Assembly: GCA_963716255.1 (NCBI GenBank)
Contig: OY970303.1
Location: forward strand, 2,624,001 to 2,688,000
Direction: 5' to 3'
Source of the DNA: an uncultured Gemmatimonadales bacterium
Lineage (GTDB): Bacteria > Gemmatimonadota > Gemmatimonadetes > Longimicrobiales > Longimicrobiaceae
DNA: 64,000 nucleotides
Shown: positions 40,724-49,975 of the stretch, one piece after another
How positions within the stretch are numbered: the stretch's first letter is position 1
How the letters are laid out: each line of letters opens with the position of its first letter
Program-made: the position numbers and the translations under genes
Notes under the pieces: generated by a model
Seen by the model: the letters and a program-made list of their open reading frames with translations, nothing else
What the model was told of the DNA's origin: nothing
Databases searched by the model: none

Positions 40724-40841
40724 GGCAGGAGGTGCCGGGACCCCGCTCCCCGGCGGAGCGGGGCCCTGCAGCCGCACGCGTGACGTGCGTCCCGAAGGTT
40801 CGAGTCCGGAGCGGTGGTCCGGCTCGCCGGCGGGTACCCGT

Positions 40842-41933
40842 TCAGCGGAGCCCGAAGCGGAGTGGTGCCTTCAGCCCGAGAAAGATGTTCAGCGTCCAGT
40901 GCTCTTCCGCGTGGGATTGGTATCCGGGACTGATTCCCCCGACGAGTGCACCGTCGGCATTCGCGAGGAAGTAGATCGGAAGCCGCGCTTCCAGACTCGT
41001 TTCCTCAAGGTCGACTTCGACGCTCGGGTTGAGGCCTACGCGTGCGTTCCGGCCGAAGAAGCCCCGCAGCTGGACGTCGGCGGTCCATGCACGCGTTTCC
41101 GCGGGTGATCCGAGAGCACCGCTACGACAGCGGATCGCGCCGGCCGTCCCGACGGGGACGCAGATCTCCGCCTTCGGCTGCGCTTCGTGTTCTAGCTTGT
41201 AGTGGACCCCACCGCTCCATAGCATCCCACCCATGTAGCGGCCCAGGTCGGCGCCGACCGCCCACGCGTACTCGTCCTGTGAGCCGGGCGCGAAGGTGGT
41301 CGCGTCCAGAAACTGGAAGACGGTTCGCCCCAGACTCCCGTTCACGTCGAAGATCCACGGTTCGGTCCACCCGGTCTCCAGCAGGTATCTCCCGTACAGC
41401 TCATCGGACATGGATTGCTCCAGCTGGTCCGGCGAGACCCTCCCACAGGTGATCCCCTTCAGCGTCTCCGTGTCACCCCGGGCACGCGCGTCCCTCTGAA
41501 CGTTCCGACACCATCTCAGCATGGAATCGGGTGCGACCGCACGGAGACGCCAGCGCGTGCCCGTCAAGCTGAGTGTCACGGTCGTTCCACTGCTCAGGCC
41601 CGCATGTCCCCCGAACGAGACCGGGGCATCGCCCTCCGCGAGAGGAGTCGATGCTTCGAGCTTCGCCGTCACGTTCGGCCAACCCACTCCCGTGAGATGC
41701 CACCCCCCGGATACGGTTGCTCTGCTGTTTGCCTCTTCGACCTCGAGGAACCCTGTCGGCACGGTACCGAGGAGAGCGCTCCGCGGCGGGCGGACCGACA
41801 GGATCGAGTCCGTTTGTTCGGACTGGATCCGTTCCCTACGTGTCCTGCCGTCTTCCTGCGCCTGGAGAGAGGGACCAAGCAAGCCCAGGGCAACCAGGCC
41901 CAGCGCACAGACGGAGATACGGAGCTTTCGCAT
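40842..41933 (-). CDS. Hypothetical exported protein, atypical codon usage
   Basis: Signal peptide MRKLRISVCALGLVALG..LQA, 4 further Cys, beta-rich C-terminus; lies in the lower-GC tract. Confidence 0.65.
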   Translation of the reverse strand: MRKLRISVCALGLVALGLLGPSLQAQEDGRTRRERIQSEQTDSILSVRPPRSALLGTVPTGFLEVEEANSRATVSGGWHLTGVGWPNVTAKLEASTPLAEGDAPVSFGGHAGLSSGTTVTLSLTGTRWRLRAVAPDSMLRWCRNVQRDARARGDTETLKGITCGRVSPDQLEQSMSDELYGRYLLETGWTEPWIFDVNGSLGRTVFQFLDATTFAPGSQDEYAWAVGADLGRYMGGMLWSGGVHYKLEHEAQPKAEICVPVGTAGAIRCRSGALGSPAETRAWTADVQLRGFFGRNARVGLNPSVEVDLEETSLEARLPIYFLANADGALVGGISPGYQSHAEEHWTLNIFLGLKAPLRFGLR

Positions 41934-41955
41934 GAGTTTGCCAGGAGGTGGAGGT

Positions 41956-42330
41956 TTATACATCGAACGGGCCGAAGGGTACGTGCACCCGCCCATCCGA
42001 GTCGGACTTGAATCCGGGATCCGGGACGACAGACTGGGGCGGAGCCGTGATGGCGAACGCGAACTTCTGCTTCGGCTGCTCGGTACGCCCGTGAAGCCCC
42101 AGAACGTAGGAACCTGGCCTTACTTTGGCCTTGGCCTGTGTGCCGTTGGGGAACAGCTCGCCGATCTGCTTCTCGTTGCCGAGTTGCTGGAGACGAAGGA
42201 TCCCCGGCTTCGGGCTGAAGGTGATCACCAGCTCCTGGGCATCGGCGCCGGTGTAGTCCTTCCAACGCCCGATCTCCAGCTTTTTGAACGAACTCAAGCT
42301 GTCAACTGCGTCCTGGAGGAACTTGAACAT
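41956..42330 (-). CDS. Hypothetical protein (124 aa), atypical codon usage
   Basis: Balanced amino-acid composition unlike the GC shadow ORFs; ends 22 nt before the next gene. Confidence 0.55.
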   Translation of the reverse strand: MFKFLQDAVDSLSSFKKLEIGRWKDYTGADAQELVITFSPKPGILRLQQLGNEKQIGELFPNGTQAKAKVRPGSYVLGLHGRTEQPKQKFAFAITAPPQSVVPDPGFKSDSDGRVHVPFGPFDV

Positions 42331-42559
42331 GGCTGTCCGGTTGAAGAGGGTGGATGGAGACGCGGCTATGCGGCCGAAGGAACCATGTATCGGATAGAGG
42401 CGCCTAGGAGGCGGATTCGGCCATGCCGTTACGGTTTAGAGGGACTCGATCGTCTTTTTTCCCCAGCTGGTCCGTGAACGATTCTCGCGCCGGGAATGCG
42501 GGTTGCGTGGGTGACGCACGCAGCCACGAAGGTGGCTCACCTCCCCACCAGAGAGCGCA

Positions 42560-43237
42560 ATGAGACTCCAGATCCCCGCATCCTGGCAGGCCGTCGTCGG
42601 TGACGAGACGGCAAAGCCGTACTTCGCGAAGCTGCGCGAGTTCGTCGAGGAGGAGCGGAGGACGCACACGGTCTATCCGCCGGAGGGGGAGGAGTTCACG
42701 GCGCTGGAGCTGACGCCGTACGAGGACGTGCGCGTGGTGATCCTGGGCCAGGACCCGTACCACGGCCCGGGCCAGGCGCACGGCCTCGCCTTCTCGGTGC
42801 GGCCGGGGGTGCGCCCGCCGCCGTCGCTCCGCAACATCTTCAAGGAGCTGCGCGACGACCTGGGCTGCCGCATTCCCGACAACGGCTTCCTGGTTCCCTG
42901 GGCGGAGCAGGGCGTGCTGCTGCTCAACACCGTGCTGACGGTGCGCGAGGCCGAGCCCAACTCGCACAAGGGCAGGGGGTGGGAAACGTTCACGGACGCG
43001 GTCATCCGCACGGTGGGCCACAAGGAGGACCCCACCGTGTTCGTGCTCTGGGGGGCGAACGCGCAGAAGAAGACCGAGCTGATCGACACGGGGCGGCACA
43101 CCATCGTCCAGTCGGTGCACCCGTCGCCGCTCTCCGCGAAGCGGGGGTTCCTGGGAAGCCGGCCGTTCTCCAGGGTCAACGCGGCGCTGCGCGAGGCGGG
43201 AAGGCCGGAGATCGACTGGCAGATCCCCGACCTCTGA
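42560..43237 (+). CDS. ung: Uracil-DNA glycosylase, family 1
   Basis: GQDPYHG, PPSLRNI, LLLNTVLTV, HPSPLSA. Confidence 0.97.
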   Translation: MRLQIPASWQAVVGDETAKPYFAKLREFVEEERRTHTVYPPEGEEFTALELTPYEDVRVVILGQDPYHGPGQAHGLAFSVRPGVRPPPSLRNIFKELRDDLGCRIPDNGFLVPWAEQGVLLLNTVLTVREAEPNSHKGRGWETFTDAVIRTVGHKEDPTVFVLWGANAQKKTELIDTGRHTIVQSVHPSPLSAKRGFLGSRPFSRVNAALREAGRPEIDWQIPDL

Positions 43238-43257
43238 TCGCGAGATGCCGGTCCGGA

Positions 43258-43299
43258 AACGACGAGGGGGAGGCCGTCACTGGCCTCCCCCTCGTCGTT
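43258..43299. terminator. Hairpin between convergent genes
   Basis: AACGACGAGGGGGAGGCC-GTCACT-GGCCTCCCCCTCGTCGTT. Confidence 0.7.
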
Positions 43300-43303
43300 C
43301 GTG

Positions 43304-43969
43304 TCACGCCAGCCGCGCCCGCTCCTCCTCCGGGACGGGATCCAGCAGCCGCGTCCGCCCCTCCTCCACCCACAGCAGGCGGTCGGCGGAGCGCGCGAAG
43401 GGCGCCGTCTCGTGCGTGGCCACCAGCACGCACCGGCCGGCTGCGCGCAGCCGCTCCACCCAGCCGACGATCAGCTCCCGCGTGGCGCGGTCCATGGACT
43501 CCAGCGGCTCGTCCAGCACCACGGCGCGCGGGTCGCCGATCAGCGCCGCGGCGAGCAGGGCGCGGCGCCGCTGCCCCATGGACAGCTCGCGCACCGAGCG
43601 CCACCGCAGCTCCGCCAGCCCGGTCCGCTCCAGCGCCTCCCCTGCCTCGTCCGGGGGGCGCTTCCGCAGCCGGCAGACCAGCCGCAGCACCTCCTCCACG
43701 CTGGCGTACGGAGTGAAGTCCGGGTACTCCGGCACGTACGCCAGCACCGCGCGGGCGGCGACCTCCTCGCGCCACAGGTCGTGCCCGGCCACCGTGACGA
43801 TGCCGGCATCGGGCCGCTCGATGCCGGCCACCAGGCGCAGGAGCGTGCTCTTTCCCGCCCCGTTGGGCCCAAGCACCAGCGTCAGCCCGGGGCCCAGCTC
43901 CAGCGCCGGGCAGTCCAGCCCGGCGCCGCCCGGGCCGTAGGAGTAGCGGACGCCGCGCAGCGAGATCAC
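43304..43969 (-). CDS. ABC transporter ATP-binding protein
   Basis: GPNGAGKS, LSMGQRRR, LDEP, ATH; GTG start overlaps the upstream stop. Confidence 0.9.
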   Translation of the reverse strand: MISLRGVRYSYGPGGAGLDCPALELGPGLTLVLGPNGAGKSTLLRLVAGIERPDAGIVTVAGHDLWREEVAARAVLAYVPEYPDFTPYASVEEVLRLVCRLRKRPPDEAGEALERTGLAELRWRSVRELSMGQRRRALLAAALIGDPRAVVLDEPLESMDRATRELIVGWVERLRAAGRCVLVATHETAPFARSADRLLWVEEGRTRLLDPVPEEERARLA

Positions 43970-45225
43970 GACGCCCCCAGCCACGCGGAGTCCCCGGCCG
44001 CGTCGTGGTGGAGCTCGGTCCAGCGCGTGGGCCGCTGCGCCCGGTCGCGGCGGCGCGCGACGGCGAGGGCGGCCGCGGCCGCGGCGAGCGCCAGCGGCCA
44101 CGCGGCGGGGTAGACGCCCGTGAGCACCGCCGCGGGGACCCCCACGAGCAGCACCTCGCCGGCCGCGCCGGTCTTGCGCTCGCCCCCCGCACGCACCGCG
44201 CCCGCGCCCAGGCAGGCCGAGAGCGCCAGGGCCAGCGCCGCGGACGGCACGGCCCAGGGGTCCAGCCGGGCGGCGGCGGCCAGCACCCACGCGCCGGGGA
44301 GCCCGAGCGCGGTCGCGTCCGTGGCCGCGCGGCGCAGCCCGGACCCGGGGAGGGAGCGGACCCACGCCCAGGGGTAGCGGCGGTGCAGCAGTGCGCCCGC
44401 GAGCATGGCGACGTAGACGGCCGCGGCGACGCCCGCGCCGATCCGGGCGGCCATCGCCTCCGTCGCCGGCGCGAGCGGATTGTTGGCGCGGAAAAAATAC
44501 GCGCCGGCGAGGGGAAGGATCGTGGGCACCATCGCCTCCAGGACGGCGCGCGGCCCCAGCGCCCGCCAGGCGAGCAGGAGCCCCGTGGCGGCGAAAAGGA
44601 GCCGGCGGCGGGGACGGGGCCGGGGGAGGCGGATGGGTCCCGCCACCCGGTCCGCGGCCAGCAGCAGGGCCGCCGCGGCGGCGAGGCCCCACCACGCCGC
44701 GAGCGAGGCCAGCAGCGCGGCGCCGAGCGCCATCGGCCGGGCGGCCGCGCCGCGGGCGGAGGGGACGGCGGCGGCGGCGAGCCCGGCCACCGCCAGCGGC
44801 AGCCCCACCAGCTTCGCCGGCGACAGCGGCTCGCGGTAGCCCAGGAGGGTCGCGAGGGCGCAGAGCGCGCCCGCCGCCAGCACGGGGAGCTGGGCGAGGA
44901 CCAGCGCGCCCCAGAGCGCGCGGCGGTGGTCGACCCCCGAGGCGGGGAGCGTCAGCAGCCACCCCTTGATCCCCACGCGGATCCGGGCCGCCGCCCCCGT
45001 GGCGAGCCCCAGCCCAAGGAGCGCGAGCAGCTGGAGCGCGCCGGGCCCGGCCGCCGTGGACGAAACCCCCAGTACGAAGCGGTAGAGGGTGTACGCCAGG
45101 TCGGGCGACGACCCGCCCACGAAGACCACCAGGCACACGCCCACGATGCTGGCGCGGAGGGCGACGCGGAGCCCCGCGCCGCGGTGGAAGGCCAGCAGGG
45201 CGCGGGTGGAGTCGGAGGGGAACAA
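43966..45225 (-). CDS. Ala-rich polytopic membrane protein (probable ABC permease)
   Basis: Many hydrophobic segments; coupled to the ATPase gene. Confidence 0.7.
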   Translation of the reverse strand: MFPSDSTRALLAFHRGAGLRVALRASIVGVCLVVFVGGSSPDLAYTLYRFVLGVSSTAAGPGALQLLALLGLGLATGAAARIRVGIKGWLLTLPASGVDHRRALWGALVLAQLPVLAAGALCALATLLGYREPLSPAKLVGLPLAVAGLAAAAVPSARGAAARPMALGAALLASLAAWWGLAAAAALLLAADRVAGPIRLPRPRPRRRLLFAATGLLLAWRALGPRAVLEAMVPTILPLAGAYFFRANNPLAPATEAMAARIGAGVAAAVYVAMLAGALLHRRYPWAWVRSLPGSGLRRAATDATALGLPGAWVLAAAARLDPWAVPSAALALALSACLGAGAVRAGGERKTGAAGEVLLVGVPAAVLTGVYPAAWPLALAAAAAALAVARRRDRAQRPTRWTELHHDAAGDSAWLGAS

Positions 45226-45277
45226 GGCGGTCCGGGGGGGAGCGCGGGACGGATGGAGCGCGCGAGGACGATGCGTG

Positions 45278-46675
45278 CTACTCCGTGGCGCTCCCGTGCG
45301 TTCCCGCCTCGTCCCGGACGTACACCGCCTTGGCGTTGACGAACTCGCGGATGCCCGCCACCGACAGCTCCCTCCCGTAGCCCGATTCCTTGACCCCGCC
45401 GAAGGGGAGGCGCGGGTCGGAGGCGACCATGGCGTTGACGAACACCATCCCCGCCTCGATCTCCTCCACGAAGCGGCGCCGCTCTCCCTCGTCGCGGGTC
45501 CAGACGCTGCTTCCCAGGCCGAAGGGGGTGTCGTTGGCGAGGCGGACCGCCTCGTCCACGCCGTCCGCGCGGAAGAGCGTCGCCACGGGCCCGAAGATCT
45601 CCTCGTGGTACACCGGCGAGTCCGGGCGGACGTCGGCCAGCACGGTGGGCTCGTAGTACCAGCCGGGGCGGTCCGGCGCGCTCCCCCCCGTCAGCACGCG
45701 CGCGCCGGCCTCCACGGCCCTGCGCACCTGCTCCGCCACCTCGTCGCGGATGCTCGCCGTGGCCAGCGGACCCACCTGCGTCGCCGGGTCCATGGGATCG
45801 CCCACGCGGAGCGCGCGCATCCCCTCCACGAAGCGCTGCTCGAACGCGGCGTACACCTGCGCGTGGACGATGAAGCGCTTCGCGGCGATGCACGACTGGC
45901 CGTTGTTGATGGTCCGCGCGGTCACGGCGGTCCGCGCGGCGGCGTCCAGGTCGGCGCTGGGCATGACGACGAACGGGTCGCTCCCGCCCAGCTCCATCAC
46001 CGTCTTCTTGAGGTTGCGCCCGGCGCTCTCGCCCACGCTGCGGCCGGCCGGGGTGCTACCGGTGAGCGTCGCCGCCCGCACGCGCGGGTCGTCCAGGATC
46101 CCCGCCACCGCCTCCGACCCCACCAGCAGCGTCTGGAAGACGCCCCCGGGGTAGCCGGCGCGGCGCAGCACGTCCTCGATGGCGAGGGCGCAGCCGGGGA
46201 CGTTGGAGGCGTGCTTGAGCAGCCCCACGTTGCCGGCCATCAGTGCGGGCGCGATGAAGCGGAAGGCCTGCCAGAAGGGGAAGTTCCACGGCATGATCGC
46301 CAGCACTGGGCCGATGGGCCGGTAGGCGATCCAGCTGCGGGTGGCATCCGTCTCCACCTCCTCGTCGGACAGGAAGCGCTCGCCGTTCCCGGCGTAGTAG
46401 CGGCAGGCGCGGGCGCACTTCTCGGCCTCCGCCACCGCCGCGCCGATGGGCTTGCCCATCTCCCGGGTCATCAGCTCGCCCAGCGCGTCCTTTTCGGCCT
46501 CCAGGATCTCGGCCGCGCGGGTCAGCCAGCGCGCCCGGTCCGCGAACGAGGTGCGGCGGTACGCGCGAAAGGCCTCGTCGGCGTGCCGGAGCTTCGCTTC
46601 CAGCTCGGCGCCGGTGAGCGCGTCGTACGTGTGCAGCGTCTCCCCGGTGGCGGGGTCGACCGTGGCGATGGGCAT
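45278..46675 (-). CDS. NAD(P)-dependent succinate-semialdehyde dehydrogenase
   Basis: IMPWNFPFWQ, LKHASNV, MELGGSD, NNGQSCIAAKRF, EEIFGP, PFGGVKESGYGRE. Confidence 0.93.
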   Translation of the reverse strand: MPIATVDPATGETLHTYDALTGAELEAKLRHADEAFRAYRRTSFADRARWLTRAAEILEAEKDALGELMTREMGKPIGAAVAEAEKCARACRYYAGNGERFLSDEEVETDATRSWIAYRPIGPVLAIMPWNFPFWQAFRFIAPALMAGNVGLLKHASNVPGCALAIEDVLRRAGYPGGVFQTLLVGSEAVAGILDDPRVRAATLTGSTPAGRSVGESAGRNLKKTVMELGGSDPFVVMPSADLDAAARTAVTARTINNGQSCIAAKRFIVHAQVYAAFEQRFVEGMRALRVGDPMDPATQVGPLATASIRDEVAEQVRRAVEAGARVLTGGSAPDRPGWYYEPTVLADVRPDSPVYHEEIFGPVATLFRADGVDEAVRLANDTPFGLGSSVWTRDEGERRRFVEEIEAGMVFVNAMVASDPRLPFGGVKESGYGRELSVAGIREFVNAKAVYVRDEAGTHGSATE

Positions 46676-46688
46676 CCGATGCTGCTCT

Positions 46689-47573
46689 CTAGGGTTCCAG
46701 GCCGGCGTTCTCCGCGACCACGCGGCCCATCCCGGCCCAGTCCAGGTCGCCCCAGCCGCGGGCGACGCCGGACAGGAAGTGGTCGTGCGCGAGCGAGGCC
46801 AGCGGCATGGGAACGGCCGCTTCGTCGGCGGCGTCCAGCACCAGCCGCACGTCCTTGAGCCCCAGCCGGAGCGCGAACCCAGCGGGCTCGAAGCGCCCCT
46901 CGGCGATCATCCCGCCGTAATTCCTGTACACGGGGAGGTTGAACAGGGTGGAGGTGAGCACCTCAAGGAGCTTGGGCGCTTCCACGCCGTGCTTGCGGCC
47001 CAGCGCCATGGCCTCGGCCAGCGCCTCGATCATCCCCGCGAGCATGAAGTTGCCGGCGAGCTTCACCACGCTGGCCTTTTCCGGCTCCTCGCCCACGCGG
47101 AACATCCCCTGCCCCACCGCGTCGAACACGGGCTCGCAGCGGTCCACCGCCTCCGGCGCGCCCGCGGCCACCACCCACAGCTTCGCCCCCTCCGCCGCCT
47201 CCGGCCGCCCGAACACCGGCGCGGCGACGTAGCCCTGCCCGGCACGGCGGTGCTCCTCCGCCAGCCGGCGCGACAGGGCGACGCCCACCGTGCTCATCCC
47301 CAGGTGGACGGCGCCCGGGCGGAGCGCGCCCAGGATGCCGCCCTCACCCAGCGTCACCTCCTCCACCGCGGCGTCGTCGGCGAGCATGGTGACCACCACC
47401 TCCGCCCCGGCTGCAGCGTCCGCGGGGGTGTCCGCCGCCCGCCCGCCGGCCTCCACCAGCGCCCCGGCGCGGCTCCGCGTCCGGTTGTACGCGGCGACCT
47501 CGTGCCCCGCGCGCGCCAGGTTGCGCGCCATGGGCAGCCCCATCCGCCCCAGTCCAACGAACCCCACGCGCAT
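46689..47573 (-). CDS. 3-hydroxyisobutyrate/6-phosphogluconate dehydrogenase family oxidoreductase
   Basis: GFVGLGRMGLPMA, APVFGRP, KLAGN, LGLKDV. Confidence 0.9.
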   Translation of the reverse strand: MRVGFVGLGRMGLPMARNLARAGHEVAAYNRTRSRAGALVEAGGRAADTPADAAAGAEVVVTMLADDAAVEEVTLGEGGILGALRPGAVHLGMSTVGVALSRRLAEEHRRAGQGYVAAPVFGRPEAAEGAKLWVVAAGAPEAVDRCEPVFDAVGQGMFRVGEEPEKASVVKLAGNFMLAGMIEALAEAMALGRKHGVEAPKLLEVLTSTLFNLPVYRNYGGMIAEGRFEPAGFALRLGLKDVRLVLDAADEAAVPMPLASLAHDHFLSGVARGWGDLDWAGMGRVVAENAGLEP

Positions 47574-47773
47574 GGTCCACCTCCAGCCCGGATGACCGTG
47601 ACTCCCGCGACGTCCCGCTCCGGGCGGCAAGGTGCGTTCCGCCGGGCCGCAGGGGAACGGACCGGCGCGGAACGAGATCTCCAAACCTTACCAGGACATA
47701 CACTTGGCACGAATATTCCCGCTCCGGCACCTGGATCGCTCCTTTGGGGAACTCACGACAAGCGAGTTGTGCC

Positions 47774-48301
47774 ATGCGTACCCACGTATTCCTGCTCGCC
47801 CTGGGCTGCCTCGCCGGCGCGGCGTGCGACGGCGGCGACCCGGCCGGCCCCGCCGAGAACGACCTGGTTTTCACGCGCGCGGACGGGTCGCGCATCGAGT
47901 TCGGGGGCGAGCCGCTCGTGTGGTGCGGCCCGTGGGAGGAGGGCAGCGTCCCCGCGCGGGCGGTGCACGTGCTGGGGGGCGACTTCCGCGGCGGCGGTCC
48001 GGTGTGGCGGCTCCAGGCCGTGGTGGAGGACGTGCAGCCGGGGCAGCCGCTCCGCTTCCCCAACACGTTCACCTGGGACCAGCCGGAGGGCGCGTCCGTC
48101 TTCGTGCTGGACGAGCCCAACGAGGCGTCCACTCAGACGGACGGGTCGAGCGGGTCCATCACCTTCTCCGAGCTGGACTGCGACGGGGAGGTCCGCTTCA
48201 CCCTGGACGCGGTGATCGGGAGCGAGTTCGGGGACGGGCCGGCGGTGAGGGTCGGCGGGAGCTTCGCGGCGCCGGTGGGGGACGCGCCGAGCTTCGATTG
48301 A
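47774..48301 (+). CDS. Hypothetical lipoprotein
   Basis: Signal peptide with lipobox GAAC; acidic, beta-rich mature part. Confidence 0.75.
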   Translation: MRTHVFLLALGCLAGAACDGGDPAGPAENDLVFTRADGSRIEFGGEPLVWCGPWEEGSVPARAVHVLGGDFRGGGPVWRLQAVVEDVQPGQPLRFPNTFTWDQPEGASVFVLDEPNEASTQTDGSSGSITFSELDCDGEVRFTLDAVIGSEFGDGPAVRVGGSFAAPVGDAPSFD

Positions 48302-48340
48302 CAGCGAGATCTGGTCGTTTGGGGGGTAGCGGAAGGGTTC

Positions 48341-48469
48341 GGGCGTGCCCCCGGCTGGCGCCGGGGTCGGGCTTCGGCTCCGTAACGCACGAAACGACCG
48401 TGCGTAACGGAGTCGAGCCCGCGCCAACAGCCGCGCGGTCTCGCCCCTTCGGGCCGAAATCCCTCACGC
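48341..48469 (+). ncRNA. ~130-nt structured dispersed element, copy 7
   Basis: Same consensus as the other copies; 39 nt after the lipoprotein stop. Confidence 0.7.
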
Positions 48470-48498
48470 GGGGCCGCGCTGGCGTCCGCGAGGGTGGT

Positions 48499-48552
48499 CC
48501 CCCTCACCCCCCGGCCCCCTCTCCCCCGCAAGCGGGGGAAAGGGGGGGAACG
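48499..48552. repeat. REP-like palindrome
   Basis: ccccctcacccccggccccctctcccccgcaagcgggggaaagggggggaac. Confidence 0.65.
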
Positions 48553-48627
48553 GCACGGCATCCTCGCCTTCGGTACCTTGCCGATGCCCCGGGGAGGCTG
48601 ATCGACGCGGATTCCGTGGGCGGGGAC

Positions 48628-48671
48628 AAAACGAGGCGGCGGGCCGGAGATCCGGCCCGCCGCCTCGTTTT
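48628..48671. terminator. Bidirectional intrinsic terminator
   Basis: AAAACGAGGCGGCGGGCCGGA-GA-TCCGGCCCGCCGCCTCGTTTT. Confidence 0.85.
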
Positions 48672-48692
48672 ACAGCTGGAGCCCGCTTCCGG

Positions 48693-49229
48693 CTACAGGT
48701 GGAAGCGGAGGCCGACGTCGGCCCGCACGAAGTTGGCGTCGCCGCCGTCGTCGGGCACGGTGACGTAGGTCACCTCGGGGGTGAACGACACCACGGGCCC
48801 CAGCGCGTAGTTGAGCCCGGCGCCCACCGTGAAGCCCAGCTTGTTGTCGCTGTCGTTGCCGTCGACGCCGCCCTTGAGGTACACGGCGCCACCCTTCACG
48901 TACGGGGAGAACCCGACCATGGGCAGCCCCAGGCGGGCGCCGCCCTCGAAGCCCTGCACGTTGAAGGTCTCGTCCGTGTCCACGACGTCGTCGTCGAAGT
49001 CGAACTGGGTGAAGCTGTACCCGCCGTAGATGGCGAGGGTGGGTGCGACGTTGAAGCTCACGTTGGCCGCCAGGCCGTAGCCCATTCCCAGCGCGTCGCC
49101 GAAGTCGCCGGTGGGGAAGGCGAGCCCCGCGCGCCCTTCCACGGCGAAGGGAAGCATCGACTGGGCGTGGGCCGGCGCCGCAAACGCCACGGCCGCCAGC
49201 GCGGCGGCCACGAACACTTTCCGTCTCAT
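48693..49229 (-). CDS. Outer-membrane beta-barrel protein (OmpA/OmpW-like, 8-stranded)
   Basis: Signal peptide AHA|Q, SPYVKGG, VGAGLNY, C-terminal VGLRFHL; GGAGG RBS. Confidence 0.85.
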   Translation of the reverse strand: MRRKVFVAAALAAVAFAAPAHAQSMLPFAVEGRAGLAFPTGDFGDALGMGYGLAANVSFNVAPTLAIYGGYSFTQFDFDDDVVDTDETFNVQGFEGGARLGLPMVGFSPYVKGGAVYLKGGVDGNDSDNKLGFTVGAGLNYALGPVVSFTPEVTYVTVPDDGGDANFVRADVGLRFHL

Positions 49230-49629
49230 CACGTCCTCCTTGCTGGTCCACGAAACGATTGGCTCTCGCGGGGACCGCGGCCCCCGCGGAGCACCGCCCA
49301 CGCAAGGCACAGACCGCGCGGGTCTCCGGCGCCCCGGAGGAAACGTCCGGCGGCCGGCTCCACGGGCGTCCCGGCGGCCCGTCCCGGAGCGCACCCGTGC
49401 AGCCTCCAAACCCCCTTTTTTCTCTCGCAGGTCCCCGCCCGCCGGCCCCGATCCTCCGGCGCCGGCCGGGCGCTCCCGCGCGCGGCGTCCCGGCCGCCAC
49501 GCCCGCCCCCGCCGCGGGGGTGCGCGCCCGCCGCGCCGGCGGCCGCGCCGTCCACCGTACAGGCCACCCCCCCGTCCTCCGGACGGGTCAGGGAAGTGCG
49601 AAAGTGCGGAGCGGTGGGGCGCCGTCGCG

Positions 49630-49790
49630 GGCCCTCACCCGGCTCGCTCGAGGCTCGCCACCCGGATCCTTCATCCGGTTCACGCGAAGCGTGAAGCGTC
49701 ATTCTGGGAGAGGGGCCAACTGCGGGTCCGGTGCAGTCTTCCCCTCCCTCGCTTGCGGGGGAGGGGCGGCGCGCAGCGCCGGGGTGGGGA
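49630..49790. repeat. Composite REP-like cluster
   Basis: Reverse GGTGGCGAGCC module, ttcacgcgaagcgtgaa hairpin, attctgggagaggg, cccctccctcgcttgcgggggagggg. Confidence 0.75.
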
Positions 49791-49817
49791 GCCCCTGCGG
49801 ACGCCAGTGCGATGCCC

Positions 49818-49946
49818 GCGTGAGGGATTTCGGCCCGAAGGGGCGAGACCGCGCGGCTGTTTGCGCGGGCTCGACTCCGTTGCAAACGGTAGTATCGTTT
49901 GCTACGGAGCCGAAGCCCGACCCCGGCGCCAGCCGGGGGCACGCCC
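49818..49946 (-). ncRNA. ~130-nt structured dispersed element, copy 8
   Basis: Variable stem GCAAACG/CGTTTGC; 29 nt after the kinase stop. Confidence 0.7.
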
Positions 49947-49975
49947 GAACCCGCCGTCCACAAGCCGTTCGCAGT

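Noticed and set aside
47705..47719. Sigma-54-like TGGCACG-AATA-TTCC upstream of the 47774 lipoprotein
   Set aside because: The -12 GC is missing (TTCC instead of TTGC).
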